A DNA stretch of 64,000 nt from NCBI GenBank assembly GCA_038881595.1, contig JAVZPM010000002.1:59254-123253 (forward strand). The letters run 5' to 3'. The DNA comes from Candidatus Micrarchaeia archaeon (lineage in GTDB: Archaea; Micrarchaeota; Micrarchaeia; CABMEP01). The translations under genes were made by a program, and so were the position numbers. The notes below the pieces were generated by a model that saw only the letters and a program-made list of their open reading frames with translations, was not told the DNA's origin and did no database searches. This document shows, one piece after another, positions 29,187 through 39,510 of the stretch. Numbering within the stretch: position 1 is the stretch's first letter; each line of letters opens with the position of its first letter.

Positions 29187-29813
29187 TTATTTTTTCTTTC
29201 CTTTTTCAGTTTTCTTCTCTTTATCTTCTTCTTTTTCTACTTTCTTTGTTTTCTTTCCTTTCTCTTCTTCATATAACCAAGTTAAATTTCCTAATCCATC
29301 TCCCTTCATTGTCATTGCAATCTTAGTTTCAGGAATTGTTGGTTTCATACTAACAGATACTATTCTTGCTCTTACAATATCTCCTTTCTTTACAGTATGT
29401 TTGCTTCCTTTTAGAAGAAGGCTTCCTGTTTTTTTATCAAATGTTATAAAGTCATTTGCGATTTGAGATAAGTGAACAAGTCCATCAAATGGGCCTATAT
29501 TTATAAATATTCCAAAATCCATAACCTCTGTTACTTCTCCATTAACAATTTCATGTGTTTCTGGAATATATACAAGTACATTATATTTGACGTCGTAGTA
29601 TGCAGCTCCATCACCTAATACAACCTTTCCTCCTTTTATGTCATGTATATTCCATATTTTTAATACAACTCCATATTCTAGGTCAACTTTTCTTTCGTAT
29701 TTGTCTTGTAATATTCTTAATATGGAATCATTAAGTTCCATTGTGAAATATGAAGGAGGCACTCTGATTGTATCAGAAATCGTTATAACTTTGTACATAA
29801 GATCAAACCTCAC
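29187..29813 (-). CDS. rpoE: DNA-directed RNA polymerase subunit E' (Rpb7-like, S1 domain)
   Basis: MYKVITISDTIRVPPSYF N-terminus and S1 domain; Lys/Glu-rich tail; upstream of spt4. Confidence 0.85.
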   Translation of the reverse strand: MRFDLMYKVITISDTIRVPPSYFTMELNDSILRILQDKYERKVDLEYGVVLKIWNIHDIKGGKVVLGDGAAYYDVKYNVLVYIPETHEIVNGEVTEVMDFGIFINIGPFDGLVHLSQIANDFITFDKKTGSLLLKGSKHTVKKGDIVRARIVSVSMKPTIPETKIAMTMKGDGLGNLTWLYEEEKGKKTKKVEKEEDKEKKTEKGKKK

Positions 29814-29950
29814 GATTCAAATCAATGTTTTATATTTGGCAAAATCCAGTAGGACATTGCCATATAATTAATACAATACCTGACTAGCCACTTATAATAG
29901 GAATATATTAAATACTATATTTGATTCAGAAAATTTTAAATTGTATTGAT

Positions 29951-30370
29951 TTAGTCTCTAAGCATTATAATTTGTGCGCCCAACCTTTTTAAATATTGCT
30001 TGAGTTTTTTATCGTACGTTACTATAGATAGTTTTTGTTTCTTTGCTATTTTTATGAACCATCTATCTAAAGGTGGGTCTGCTTTCTCTACGTTTATTTT
30101 CTTGTCAGTTTCCCATTTTTTGATTATTTTTAGTGCTATAGTTGCATTTCTTTTTTCAGACAAACTACTCTTCTTTGAGTTGATAATTTTTTCTAATTCA
30201 TCATATATTCCAGAAGGAATTACTACAATTGATTTGATCCCTCTAATTTTTTTATGGAGTGTTTCTAAAATGTCAATCTTTTTTTGTATAGAATAAATAA
30301 TCGCATTGGTATCAAACGTCAATATTTGTTTTTCTTCTTTCCTTTCTATCTCTTTATTTTCAAATTTCAT
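29951..30370 (-). CDS. PIN-domain protein (putative ribonuclease)
   Basis: ILTFDTNAII (N-terminal acidic motif) and a later acidic residue in VTYD; about 140 aa. Confidence 0.45.
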   Translation of the reverse strand: MKFENKEIERKEEKQILTFDTNAIIYSIQKKIDILETLHKKIRGIKSIVVIPSGIYDELEKIINSKKSSLSEKRNATIALKIIKKWETDKKINVEKADPPLDRWFIKIAKKQKLSIVTYDKKLKQYLKRLGAQIIMLRD

Positions 30371-30374
30371 TTAA

Positions 30375-32978
30375 TCACTGTTTCGTTTTTATTAGACGTT
30401 TCTTAGCTTCGAATATTATTGTAATAATTACAATAAGAGGAATAATGTACATCCATTGCATCATAGTAAGAGGTTTAAGTTCAAATAAAGATGACAAAAA
30501 TGGTATGTAAAATGCAGCAAATAGAATTAGAAATGTTAAACAAATAGAGAGAATAGTATCTGCAGAAATATGTTTCCATGATTCAAGTAAGCTATCTTTT
30601 ATTGATATTGAGTTTATAGATATTGTTAATACAGTTATAGATAATATTGCTATTGCTAATGTTCTACTATATCCTTCAAATATTGGGATTAATGTTAAAT
30701 ATCCAAAGTATATTGATACAACTAGTGCAATTAAAAGCATCGCAAGGTATTCATTCGTTTCAGGAAATCTTTTTGATGTTTTAATTGCCAATGATTTTTC
30801 ATATAATCTTTCCTTCGAGAAATTTGTTGCAATTGCAACATCTGCAATTAAATTTATAAGCAGTATCTGGGTTGCAGTCATCATGTCTCCTGTAAATACT
30901 ATTGCGCTTATCATAACAGTAAAAAATATTGCCATATCTGATGCTGATAAAGCATAAAAAGTTCTTTCTATATTTCTTCTCATATCCCTGGATTCCTCTA
31001 TTAGATCTGCTATACTTTCATATCTATCGTTCTTTATTATTCCATCGGCATTATTCTTTATTATTCCTGGAGCACTCTCAACTGCCAGAGACACATTCGT
31101 GTATAATAATGGACTGTAGTCTGTTCCTATGGATTCGATGTATGTGACATGATGCCCTTCTTTTTTAAGCGTATCTAATATCATAGCCTCATATTCTTCT
31201 GTAGATTCCGAGAAAACAACGGATTCAAGTATTCTTTTTGTTCTTTCTTCAGCTCTCATATATTTTAGTTCTTCACATATAACTGCTTTGTCTTTTTCAG
31301 TCATTATTCCAATTTCTCTTGCAAAGCTTACTGCCTCTCCACTTTTTGCTTTAGTTATTATAATTGGCTTTATTCCTGCTTCTTTAAGTTCTTGTACTGT
31401 TTTTTTGACTTCTTGCTTTGGTGGATCATATATACCTAATAAAGAAAGGAATGTAAAGTATTTCGGCTCTTCTTTTTTCCAGGCAAATGCAATTGCATAT
31501 GGTGTTTGTCCATTTGCAGTCATTTTGATTTCTTGATTTTCTATTTCTTCTTTAATTTTTTCATCAATCTTTAGGAATTTTCCATTCGAGTAGAGTGATT
31601 TGCATCTTTCTTTTACTTTTTCAGAAGGTCCAAACATAACAAATGCAATTCTGTTTCTTTTCTTTATCTTAACAATTTTTACATCTTCTGTTTCTTTACT
31701 TTCAAGCAACACCCATTCTCCTCTTATATTTGTTATTGGAATTCTATTTTTCATTGCCATTACTACTAGTGCACCTTCGATTGGATCGCCGTCAAGATAG
31801 GGTATATTATCTTTGTACTCTAGTGTTGCTTCTGTAGCAGCTGCAGCCATTTCTGTCATCATATCTATAGTTGCGTAATTTTTTGTTCCTTTGAAAATAC
31901 CAAGAACATCCCATCCATCTCCAGTTACATATACTTCTTTTCTATCTATCCATATTCTTCTTACTGTAGGTTCGTTTCTTGTCAGTGATTTTAACATTTC
32001 TGTAACTACAACTGTAGTCCTGCCAATTTTATCTGCCGCAGCTTCTCTTCTAAGCACAATGAATTTAGACATCCTTTCTATCGTCGATGCATATATATAA
32101 GTTGCAACACTAAATATAGTGTCAGGGATTGCAGCTACTGCAGCGGCAGCAGCGATTACGATTGCATTAAATAATGGCATTCCGTCTGCAACTAGTTGAA
32201 ATACGATAATAAGTGAAGCGAGATACACCACATTTCCAAAAGAATCAGTGGCTCTCTTTACTCTGCTTATCGAATCGTTTTTCTTTGGATCTGTTGATAA
32301 AATGTTTTTAATTCCAAAAACAGTATAGTATTTCGTATTCTTTCCTGTAGCTGTGACTGTTATTGTACATTCTCCCTTTTTAATAAAAGTTCCGGCATAA
32401 ACAGACGACGGATCTGATTTATATGGCCTAAAGGTTTTTTCTACTTCCATTTCTGGTACTTTTTCTACAATTCCTCTTTGGAATATGTTTTCATCAACCA
32501 AACAGTTTTTAGCTTTAATAACTATTCCATCTGCAGGAACAAGCATTCCTTCTTCAAGTATTAATATGTCACCTGGAACGATCTCTTCTATATCAAGTCT
32601 AATTATCTTTCCATTTCTGTATGCTTTTACATACCCATAAAATTCTTTAAGATTTTTTATTATTTTTTCTTCACTTTCTCTATTTCTTATCCAATTTATG
32701 GAAACTGTTAGCAAGATTATCGAGATGATTAATAGACTATGAGCAATATTCACTGTAGCAAGAAATATAGCTGCAAGAATTAGAATAATAATAGGATAGC
32801 TAAATTGTGAAAAAAGTAGTTCCAATTCACCTGTTCTCGCATATTGATAAATAACGTTTTTTCCATTTCTCTTGAGTCGTTCATTCGCTTCTTCTGTTGT
32901 TAATCCAATAGGTAGATTTTTAATTTCATTACTAATTTTTTCTTTTTTTTCATTTATTTCTTTTTTTCTCTCCGCCAT
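30375..32978 (-). CDS. P-type ATPase homolog with divergent catalytic motifs
   Basis: Cation-ATPase N-terminus (GLTTEEANERLKRNGKN), PGD..PADG actuator segment, DPPK and a polytopic C-terminus; DKTGT, TGES, TGD and GDGxND positions are altered. Confidence 0.7.
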   Translation of the reverse strand: MAERKKEINEKKEKISNEIKNLPIGLTTEEANERLKRNGKNVIYQYARTGELELLFSQFSYPIIILILAAIFLATVNIAHSLLIISIILLTVSINWIRNRESEEKIIKNLKEFYGYVKAYRNGKIIRLDIEEIVPGDILILEEGMLVPADGIVIKAKNCLVDENIFQRGIVEKVPEMEVEKTFRPYKSDPSSVYAGTFIKKGECTITVTATGKNTKYYTVFGIKNILSTDPKKNDSISRVKRATDSFGNVVYLASLIIVFQLVADGMPLFNAIVIAAAAAVAAIPDTIFSVATYIYASTIERMSKFIVLRREAAADKIGRTTVVVTEMLKSLTRNEPTVRRIWIDRKEVYVTGDGWDVLGIFKGTKNYATIDMMTEMAAAATEATLEYKDNIPYLDGDPIEGALVVMAMKNRIPITNIRGEWVLLESKETEDVKIVKIKKRNRIAFVMFGPSEKVKERCKSLYSNGKFLKIDEKIKEEIENQEIKMTANGQTPYAIAFAWKKEEPKYFTFLSLLGIYDPPKQEVKKTVQELKEAGIKPIIITKAKSGEAVSFAREIGIMTEKDKAVICEELKYMRAEERTKRILESVVFSESTEEYEAMILDTLKKEGHHVTYIESIGTDYSPLLYTNVSLAVESAPGIIKNNADGIIKNDRYESIADLIEESRDMRRNIERTFYALSASDMAIFFTVMISAIVFTGDMMTATQILLINLIADVAIATNFSKERLYEKSLAIKTSKRFPETNEYLAMLLIALVVSIYFGYLTLIPIFEGYSRTLAIAILSITVLTISINSISIKDSLLESWKHISADTILSICLTFLILFAAFYIPFLSSLFELKPLTMMQWMYIIPLIVIITIIFEAKKRLIKTKQ

Positions 32979-33003
32979 ATAGATCAGCTAGTAAAAGCAT
33001 TTA

Positions 33004-34227
33004 TTACTTTACAATTATTCTTTCTCCTACGCTGCTTATTCTCTCAAGTTTTATAGGTATTTTTGTTCCTACAGGAGTCTGTGCTATCGCAGTTCCCGCT
33101 TTTTTATCTATTCCTATTACTTTTCCGATATATGCACCTATCTCTGTTATTATCTCCTTTCCTTCTAATCTTATCTTCGCTGCGACCCTTATCTTTAACG
33201 TTCTAGCAAATTCTGTTGCAAGTAATGTTACGATTATAGAGAGAATTATGGCGATTAAAAATTCATAGAACCACGCCTCTCCTACTATCCAAGAGAGAGC
33301 AAGATATGATAAGAAAGAGACAACTATCCCATTAAATGAATATAATCCACTATCTATAAGTTCAAACAAACTTCCTTTTGGATAAAGTTCAATCGCCCTT
33401 CCAATCATTATTAAAATTATTATAAATACTGCAAAGGGCCATAGTATAGGTCGTAGTCCAAATGATAAAGATTCAAAAAAGCTATAGCCATTTGAGCTTG
33501 CATTAATAAATTCATTTACACCTATTGAGATAGATATCAAAGCTAATGCGAATATAGGCACATAAACCACAAGTGTAGTTCTTGTAGAGGATGAAAACAA
33601 ATTTCTAACTGTATTTATAATAAAATCTTCTATACCAAATCCTTTAAGTAAGAGATATAAACCAACAATACCCACTATAGGTCTCCATCCATATCCAAGC
33701 ATATCGCTAATAAGAAAAGAAATCAATATTAAAGCAGGAACTCCGAAGAAAAGTTTTGCATAATATGGCTCTTTTAGTTTGCTTAAAAGAGTAACGTATG
33801 TTTTTTCAAGCTCTTTTGCTTGCTTCATAACTACGGTTTTCTTTGAGTCAAGTTTTACTCTTGAAGAGATTAAAGGAAGCAGTTCTTCGTCATCAGCTCC
33901 ATCAGTTACAAAAATACATGATGTTGCATGAAACTGTTGAAGAATAGACTCTAATTGTGTAACTATTTTCTTATCTGCATGATACCCTAATCGACTATCT
34001 CCAGTAATAGTTACAACCTCTGCTTTTTTAGTTTTTATTATTTCATCATAGATCTTTACTGCCTGAAACATTGCATTTGCATCTGTATCTTCTGGATCGT
34101 TTAGAAGAAGATTAGTTGCAGCATGTATATTTGCTTGTCTTCCTATTACTGGCCCAGTTATTCGTGCTTTTTTACCTAAATCATCATCACGATCTACACA
34201 TAATATTAGTATATTTTCTTTCGTCAT
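33004..34227 (-). CDS. Archaeal membrane protein, DUF373-like
   Basis: Soluble N-terminal domain (ILILCVDRDDDLGKK...) followed by multiple TM helices; family assignment from memory of the N-terminal pattern. Confidence 0.4.
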   Translation of the reverse strand: MTKENILILCVDRDDDLGKKARITGPVIGRQANIHAATNLLLNDPEDTDANAMFQAVKIYDEIIKTKKAEVVTITGDSRLGYHADKKIVTQLESILQQFHATSCIFVTDGADDEELLPLISSRVKLDSKKTVVMKQAKELEKTYVTLLSKLKEPYYAKLFFGVPALILISFLISDMLGYGWRPIVGIVGLYLLLKGFGIEDFIINTVRNLFSSSTRTTLVVYVPIFALALISISIGVNEFINASSNGYSFFESLSFGLRPILWPFAVFIIILIMIGRAIELYPKGSLFELIDSGLYSFNGIVVSFLSYLALSWIVGEAWFYEFLIAIILSIIVTLLATEFARTLKIRVAAKIRLEGKEIITEIGAYIGKVIGIDKKAGTAIAQTPVGTKIPIKLERISSVGERIIVK

Positions 34228-34369
34228 TCAAGCACCATTGAGTTTTTTTTCTATGAATAAATGTTATTAAATATTTATAAATTCTATTATTGTATATAAT
34301 ATAATCTTACGTAATTATAAATCTAAGACCTATTTTAATTGATTAATAATTTAAGAGTTAATTTTAAAG

Positions 34370-35086
34370 TTGGTAGTTATGGAAAAAGATAGAGAAGTTA
34401 TAGCTGTTCCTGGAGATATACTTGGAACAGAAGAGGAATTTCTTCCTGGAGAGGGAACATATACAGATAAAGATGGAAATATTCGTGCATTAAACGCAGG
34501 AATTGTTGAAATCAGCGATGATAGGCGAATATCTGTTTTTTCAGATAGAGAACCTGAAAAACTTAAACCAGGTGATGTAGTTTATGGTAGAGTAGAAGAA
34601 ATGTTTGAGTCAGTCGCATTCCTTACTATCGAGCATCCAAATTCTTCAAGTATAGAACGAATTGATAGGATGTCAGCAGTTATTCCAATTTCAGAGATAA
34701 AAGAAGGATATGTTAAATCAATACGAGATGCAATTCATGTTGGTGATATCATAATTGGTGCAGTTAAAGAAGTTACTCCATTAAGAATAATTGTTACTCT
34801 TAAACCAAAAGGAATGGGCGTAGTAATGGCGTATTGTAGTTACGATCGAAAGCCAATGTTATTGAAAGGAAGGTCTCTTATTTGTAGTAAATGTGGACAA
34901 AAAGAGGAACGTCTTATTGCAGATAGCTATGGAAAATTTGAATACATTGAATCTGCACAAATAATTCCAGAAAGAAAAGATAGATTTCAGAAATTAAGAT
35001 TAGTAAAAGGAAGGTTTTCTGGAAGAAAGAAATATAGATATTTTCAGGAAAAATTTCAATTTAAAAAAAGAAGATCAAGATTCTAA
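34370..35086 (+). CDS. csl4: Exosome complex RNA-binding protein Csl4
   Basis: N-terminal domain, S1 domain and C-terminal Zn ribbon (CSYD...CSKCG); conserved neighbourhood with rpoL. Confidence 0.8.
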   Translation: MVVMEKDREVIAVPGDILGTEEEFLPGEGTYTDKDGNIRALNAGIVEISDDRRISVFSDREPEKLKPGDVVYGRVEEMFESVAFLTIEHPNSSSIERIDRMSAVIPISEIKEGYVKSIRDAIHVGDIIIGAVKEVTPLRIIVTLKPKGMGVVMAYCSYDRKPMLLKGRSLICSKCGQKEERLIADSYGKFEYIESAQIIPERKDRFQKLRLVKGRFSGRKKYRYFQEKFQFKKRRSRF

Positions 35087-35151
35087 TAGTTTTAGTATTT
35101 TAAAGTTTTGTCTACAATAGTTTTAATATTGTATAATAATGAGGTGTTTAA

Positions 35152-35415
35152 ATGTCTGAATTAAAGGTTAATAAAGTAGATAAGAATCATGTAGAGATTC
35201 ATTTTTTTGGTGAGGACATTGCTTTTGTTCATGCTCTTAGAGAATTTGTTATCGAAAACGATGATGTTGAGTTTGCAGCAGTTAAGCAGGAACACATAGA
35301 AGTGGGAGAACCTATTCTTGTTGTGAAAACAAAGAAAGGAAATCCAATCCCTATCGTTGCAAAAGCTGCTGCAAAGCTTGCAAAGACAGCTGAAGATCTT
35401 GTAAAATCAATTTAA
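35152..35415 (+). CDS. rpoL: DNA-directed RNA polymerase subunit L (Rpb11-like)
   Basis: 87 aa with characteristic RpoL sequence (HFFGEDIAFVHALREF). Confidence 0.85.
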   Translation: MSELKVNKVDKNHVEIHFFGEDIAFVHALREFVIENDDVEFAAVKQEHIEVGEPILVVKTKKGNPIPIVAKAAAKLAKTAEDLVKSI

Positions 35416-35453
35416 TAGATAAATCAAATAATCTAATAGAATTATCTGATTAG

Positions 35454-36044
35454 ATGACAAATCTTGTCCGGAAAGAAAGTATAAAAATAGACAAAAATAT
35501 TAGAATTCTTGCAGTGGACGATTCCCCTAGAATCAATTCTTCTTCCTTTCTTATAGGGATTGTTTATAGGAATGGAATTGTAGAAGGAGCTGTCAGTACT
35601 AATATAACATACGATGGAGATGATAGTACAGAACAAATAATAAAGATGGTAAAGAGATCTCGTTTTTCAAATCAAATAAAATTAATTCTGCTAAATAGCA
35701 TTACAATGGGAGGTTTAAATATAATAGATATATCTGAATTGTCTAATTCTCTTTCAATACCTGTTATTGCAATCACTCGTCACTTGCCAAGAGTTTCTGA
35801 ACTAGAGAAAGCAGTTGATAGGCTTGAGATTTCGAAAGAGGAAAAAGAAAGAAAACTTAATGCAATCAAGAATGCTGGAGAACCGTTTAAAATCAAAACA
35901 AAGCCAATACTCTATGCTCAGGTAGCAGGCATAGACAGGTTTAAGGCAATGGAAGCAATCAAAGATATAGGCATAGAACCTTTGAGATTATCACATATAA
36001 TTGCTTCTGCGCTTGTTTTAGGAGAATCAAAGGGAAGATTCTAA
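35454..36044 (+). CDS. DUF99/UPF0215 family protein
   Basis: About 195 aa; conserved archaeal family commonly next to csl4/rpoL; assignment by context and pattern. Confidence 0.45.
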   Translation: MTNLVRKESIKIDKNIRILAVDDSPRINSSSFLIGIVYRNGIVEGAVSTNITYDGDDSTEQIIKMVKRSRFSNQIKLILLNSITMGGLNIIDISELSNSLSIPVIAITRHLPRVSELEKAVDRLEISKEEKERKLNAIKNAGEPFKIKTKPILYAQVAGIDRFKAMEAIKDIGIEPLRLSHIIASALVLGESKGRF

Positions 36045-36306
36045 TTAATTTTAATTTTTGCAATATTGTTTCTAAAGTAGTGCCACCCAGATATAAGTAG
36101 AGCAAATAAATCTTATTTTGTGGTTTGGATCTAGATCTAATATCTTTTTTATATCTTTTTCTTTTATATCGCATTTCTTTTATCCTAATACTTAACTGCA
36201 TACTTTTTTATTTAATATTTAATTTTACTTTTTAGTTTTTGTTTTCAGTTATATTTATCTATTTTTTTATTTATAATTATTTTATCCGTAATTAATAGAT
36301 CTTAAT

Positions 36307-36486
36307 GGGCCAGTAGCTCAGAGGTAGAGCGCTTCGTTCGCATAAACTTTCTTAGAAAGAGAGTTTGATCAAGGAATTTTCTAAGAAACTCTTTATCAAA
36401 TAGTTTCATCAAAATAAGTGATTGAACTTTCCTAACATGAAAGTAGTAAAGTTTCGGAAAACGAAGAGGTCGCGAGTTCGAATCTC
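36307..36486 (+). tRNA. tRNA-Ala (anticodon CGC) with an approximately 108-nt intron at the canonical 37/38 position
   Basis: Exon 1 36307-36342 (GGGCCAG...CTTCG TTCGCA), exon 2 36451-36486 (A CGAAG...CTGGTCC A); G3:U70 Ala identity pair; T-loop TTCGAAT. Confidence 0.8.
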
Positions 36487-36528
36487 GCCTGGTCCATAAT
36501 TAGTATATAATCAATTAGAGAGGTTAAC

Positions 36529-37773
36529 ATGAAAAAAAATGAAGGAAAAAAGAATACTAAAAGTAATGTCTTTTGGCTTGGGATCGTAAGCCTTCTTGCA
36601 GATGCTTCTTCAGAGATGATCGCTCCGGTTATGCCACTATTTCTATCTAGTGTTCTTGGGGCAAGTGGATTTATGATAGGATTAATTGAAGGGATTGCAA
36701 AATCTGCTGAGAGACTACTCTCATTTGTTTTTGGATGGTATTCTGATAAGATTGGAAAAAGAAAGCCTGTGATTGCGTTTGGTTACTTTCTTTCATCAAT
36801 TATGAAGGGAGCATTCGCATTCACAACTGTATGGACTGAATTTTTGTTTGCAAGAGTTATTGAAAGAACAGGAAAGGCAATAAGAGATGCACCAAGAGAC
36901 GCATTGCTTGCTTCTTCAACCGGAGATTCACTTGAGGAGAGAAGAAAGGGATTTGCACTGCATAGAATGTTAGATACGCTTGGTGCCATCATCGGTCCTC
37001 TGATAGCACTTCTTTTTGTAGCCTCTCTAACGCTAGATTTCGAAAGTACTGTAAGGAATCTTTTCATTCTTTCACTTATACCTGGTCTTCTTGGTGTCTT
37101 AATAGTATTAATTTTTGTAAAAGATGTTGAGCTGAAGAAATCAGAAAGAACTAAGAAATCAATCTCAAAATCATTTTCTATAGAGTATGGAGATAGCTAC
37201 AAGCAATTTTTATTTTCCTTAGTTCCGTTTTTCCTTTTTGCCCCTCCGCTTGCATTCATATATCTGCAAGCTAGCGAATTCGGTCTTGTTCTATCAGGGG
37301 TGATAACGCTTGGCTTTTTGTATTCCGTCTTTTACATATTAGGAGCAAATCTAATCAATTTTGCTTCAGATAAATTTAAGATGAAAATAGGAAGAAAGCA
37401 GGGAATTGAGATTTCACTTTTGTTTGTGATGCTTTCGTTCTTAGTAGTTTTTCTTGTCCAATATTTGCAATTAGATCAGGGCAATGCTCTTACGTTTATT
37501 TTTCTTATTTTAGCATTAGTTCTTTATGGAATAGGTATGGGTATGTTTGAAGTGGAATCTAAATCCTATATCTCTCTTCTTGTAGAGAAAAAAGAAATGG
37601 GCGGAGCATTCGGCGCATATCAAACCATCAGCGGAGTAATGATAATATTCTCTGGCTTGATATTTGGATTTATTTGGGACTTTTCACCTGGATTTGCATT
37701 TTTGTTGGCCGGAATTAGTACATTTGTATCGCTCTTTTTATTTAGATTTTTCACATACACTACAGTAAAATAA
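36529..37773 (+). CDS. Major facilitator superfamily transporter
   Basis: About 12 predicted TM helices, MFS-like loop motif (GWYSDKIGKRKP). Confidence 0.75.
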   Translation: MKKNEGKKNTKSNVFWLGIVSLLADASSEMIAPVMPLFLSSVLGASGFMIGLIEGIAKSAERLLSFVFGWYSDKIGKRKPVIAFGYFLSSIMKGAFAFTTVWTEFLFARVIERTGKAIRDAPRDALLASSTGDSLEERRKGFALHRMLDTLGAIIGPLIALLFVASLTLDFESTVRNLFILSLIPGLLGVLIVLIFVKDVELKKSERTKKSISKSFSIEYGDSYKQFLFSLVPFFLFAPPLAFIYLQASEFGLVLSGVITLGFLYSVFYILGANLINFASDKFKMKIGRKQGIEISLLFVMLSFLVVFLVQYLQLDQGNALTFIFLILALVLYGIGMGMFEVESKSYISLLVEKKEMGGAFGAYQTISGVMIIFSGLIFGFIWDFSPGFAFLLAGISTFVSLFLFRFFTYTTVK

Positions 37774-37851
37774 ACAGTAAAATAAAAGTTTAAATTTAAA
37801 TTTTCTAAATTTCATCAATCAATATTGTGGATGAATTGCAAAAATCTTGTT

Positions 37852-38349
37852 TTATTTTTTGAGATCGTTTATTCCATCTTCTTCATTCACATCTCTTATT
37901 TTATCCATCGGAGCATTTTCTGGCTTTGGTTGGAAGTTTATTTCATTTTCAAAGTAAGTCTCTCTAGGATTTTCTTTTCTCTCTCCTTTTTCTTTCATCT
38001 TTTCCTCTTCTAATTCTCTTATTACTTCTTTTTTTATTTTGTCCCATATTTCCTTCCATGTCATTTTGTCATTCGAATCTTCATTTTCTTTTTCATTTTT
38101 TTCTTTTAAATCCCTTATTTCTTCATGTAAGACATCGCTTTTTCTTTTTTTCTCTGGAATTTCATCGCATTCCTTAAAACGTTTATAATTATTATTAGAA
38201 GATTCATCACTAGAATCTTTTTTCTCTCTGAACATGAACCATTCCATAACATCACTAAATAACATAGCATTTTTTAAATATATAAATATTTCGTTTTGGT
38301 GGCTTTGTAGAAATCCTATGGAGGTAAAACAGTTTCTCTTAGATGTCAC
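37852..38349 (-). CDS. Hypothetical highly charged (Glu/Lys-rich) protein
   Basis: ORF only; low-complexity charged sequence. Confidence 0.25.
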   Translation of the reverse strand: MTSKRNCFTSIGFLQSHQNEIFIYLKNAMLFSDVMEWFMFREKKDSSDESSNNNYKRFKECDEIPEKKRKSDVLHEEIRDLKEKNEKENEDSNDKMTWKEIWDKIKKEVIRELEEEKMKEKGERKENPRETYFENEINFQPKPENAPMDKIRDVNEEDGINDLKK

Positions 38350-38470
38350 TTTTATCGTGATAAGTCATAAGAGATACCTAATAATTTAAAAAATCCTGTA
38401 GAACCACTCAGATTTACTTTTTTCTCTGGTTTTGAATGAGGGTGCTACGAAAGTAGACGTTATAATATAA

Positions 38471-39370
38471 TTAATGTAGCAAAATTGTGTCGCATCCTTC
38501 TGGTTCTCCATAATATGCAGGACCGCTTATAACTAGTTTTACATATCCAAGTATCGGTATTCTGAAGATTACCTTTCCTTTTATGTCACTTTCTCTAACA
38601 ATATCAAAATAGCTAATGTCCATGTAGTTATTGTTGTCTCCCTTTGTTAGCAGATAATAACTTTCTCCCACTTTGAGCTTAAGAAATACCCTGTGGACTA
38701 TATCCATGTTTGTATAAGTTCCATTTACATGTGATGCGTAAACTATGACATCATTAGTGAGATTTTCATTTATTTCTTTTCCATTAATATATATTGATCT
38801 AACGCATTCGGGGGAATAACCTATCAGTTTCTTTGTTGATGAAGAAATTCTTGGACACATGCTCTGGCATTTGTAAGTGATACTTCCATTCTTGCTAGTA
38901 CCACATAGAACTTTAGAATTGTTTATGTCATTCAATTCTTCTTCTGTTATTTCAATTGTAGGCGCATTGATATCTTTTGCCTTTATTCCCTGCACTATTA
39001 CAAAGTCTCCTCTCTCATATGATGGCAGGAGAGAGCATGAAACCACTCCACTGATTGGGACAGAGGTTCCAAGCAAAAATGATATAGATGAAAATATAAT
39101 TATTGCAAGTGCAGCAGCCTTCAATATCTCAATTATTTCTTGTTTCCAGCTTGTTTGCGATGCACTTACGTAAATGTCAACAAAAAAATACGCAATAAGG
39201 GAAAAGCCTGAAAGAAATGCGAAGATTATGGACTTTGTCAAAAGATAAAGCACGAACGATATTCCAAAAACAATCAGTAGCAGATTGCTTTTATGTAGTT
39301 CTGTTAGTTTTTCTTTCTGTTTCTCTTCCTTTTCTATTTTTTTTGCATTTTTTTCTAATTTGTCTTCCAT
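38471..39370 (-). CDS. Signal peptidase I, archaeal Sec11 type, with a Cys-containing insertion
   Basis: N-terminal TM anchor; catalytic boxes VVSCSLLPSYERGD (Ser box), DIVHRV (His) and TKGDNNNYMD. Confidence 0.7.
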   Translation of the reverse strand: MEDKLEKNAKKIEKEEKQKEKLTELHKSNLLLIVFGISFVLYLLTKSIIFAFLSGFSLIAYFFVDIYVSASQTSWKQEIIEILKAAALAIIIFSSISFLLGTSVPISGVVSCSLLPSYERGDFVIVQGIKAKDINAPTIEITEEELNDINNSKVLCGTSKNGSITYKCQSMCPRISSSTKKLIGYSPECVRSIYINGKEINENLTNDVIVYASHVNGTYTNMDIVHRVFLKLKVGESYYLLTKGDNNNYMDISYFDIVRESDIKGKVIFRIPILGYVKLVISGPAYYGEPEGCDTILLH

Positions 39371-39510
39371 GATTATATTTGTTTGTAAAGTAATTAAAAT
39401 ATATCTTAAATATCTTAAAAATAGAATTAAGAAAAATAAACGATTGAAATAAAAAATAGAATATAAAAAAAGAAAAAATTAAGGCGATTGCAATGACAGA
39501 CTAGTTATGT

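Noticed and set aside
36343-36450. Possible protein-coding or homing-endonuclease content in the long tRNA-Ala intron
   Set aside because: At 108 nt with multiple stops it is too short for a LAGLIDADG-type ORF; better explained as structured intron RNA.
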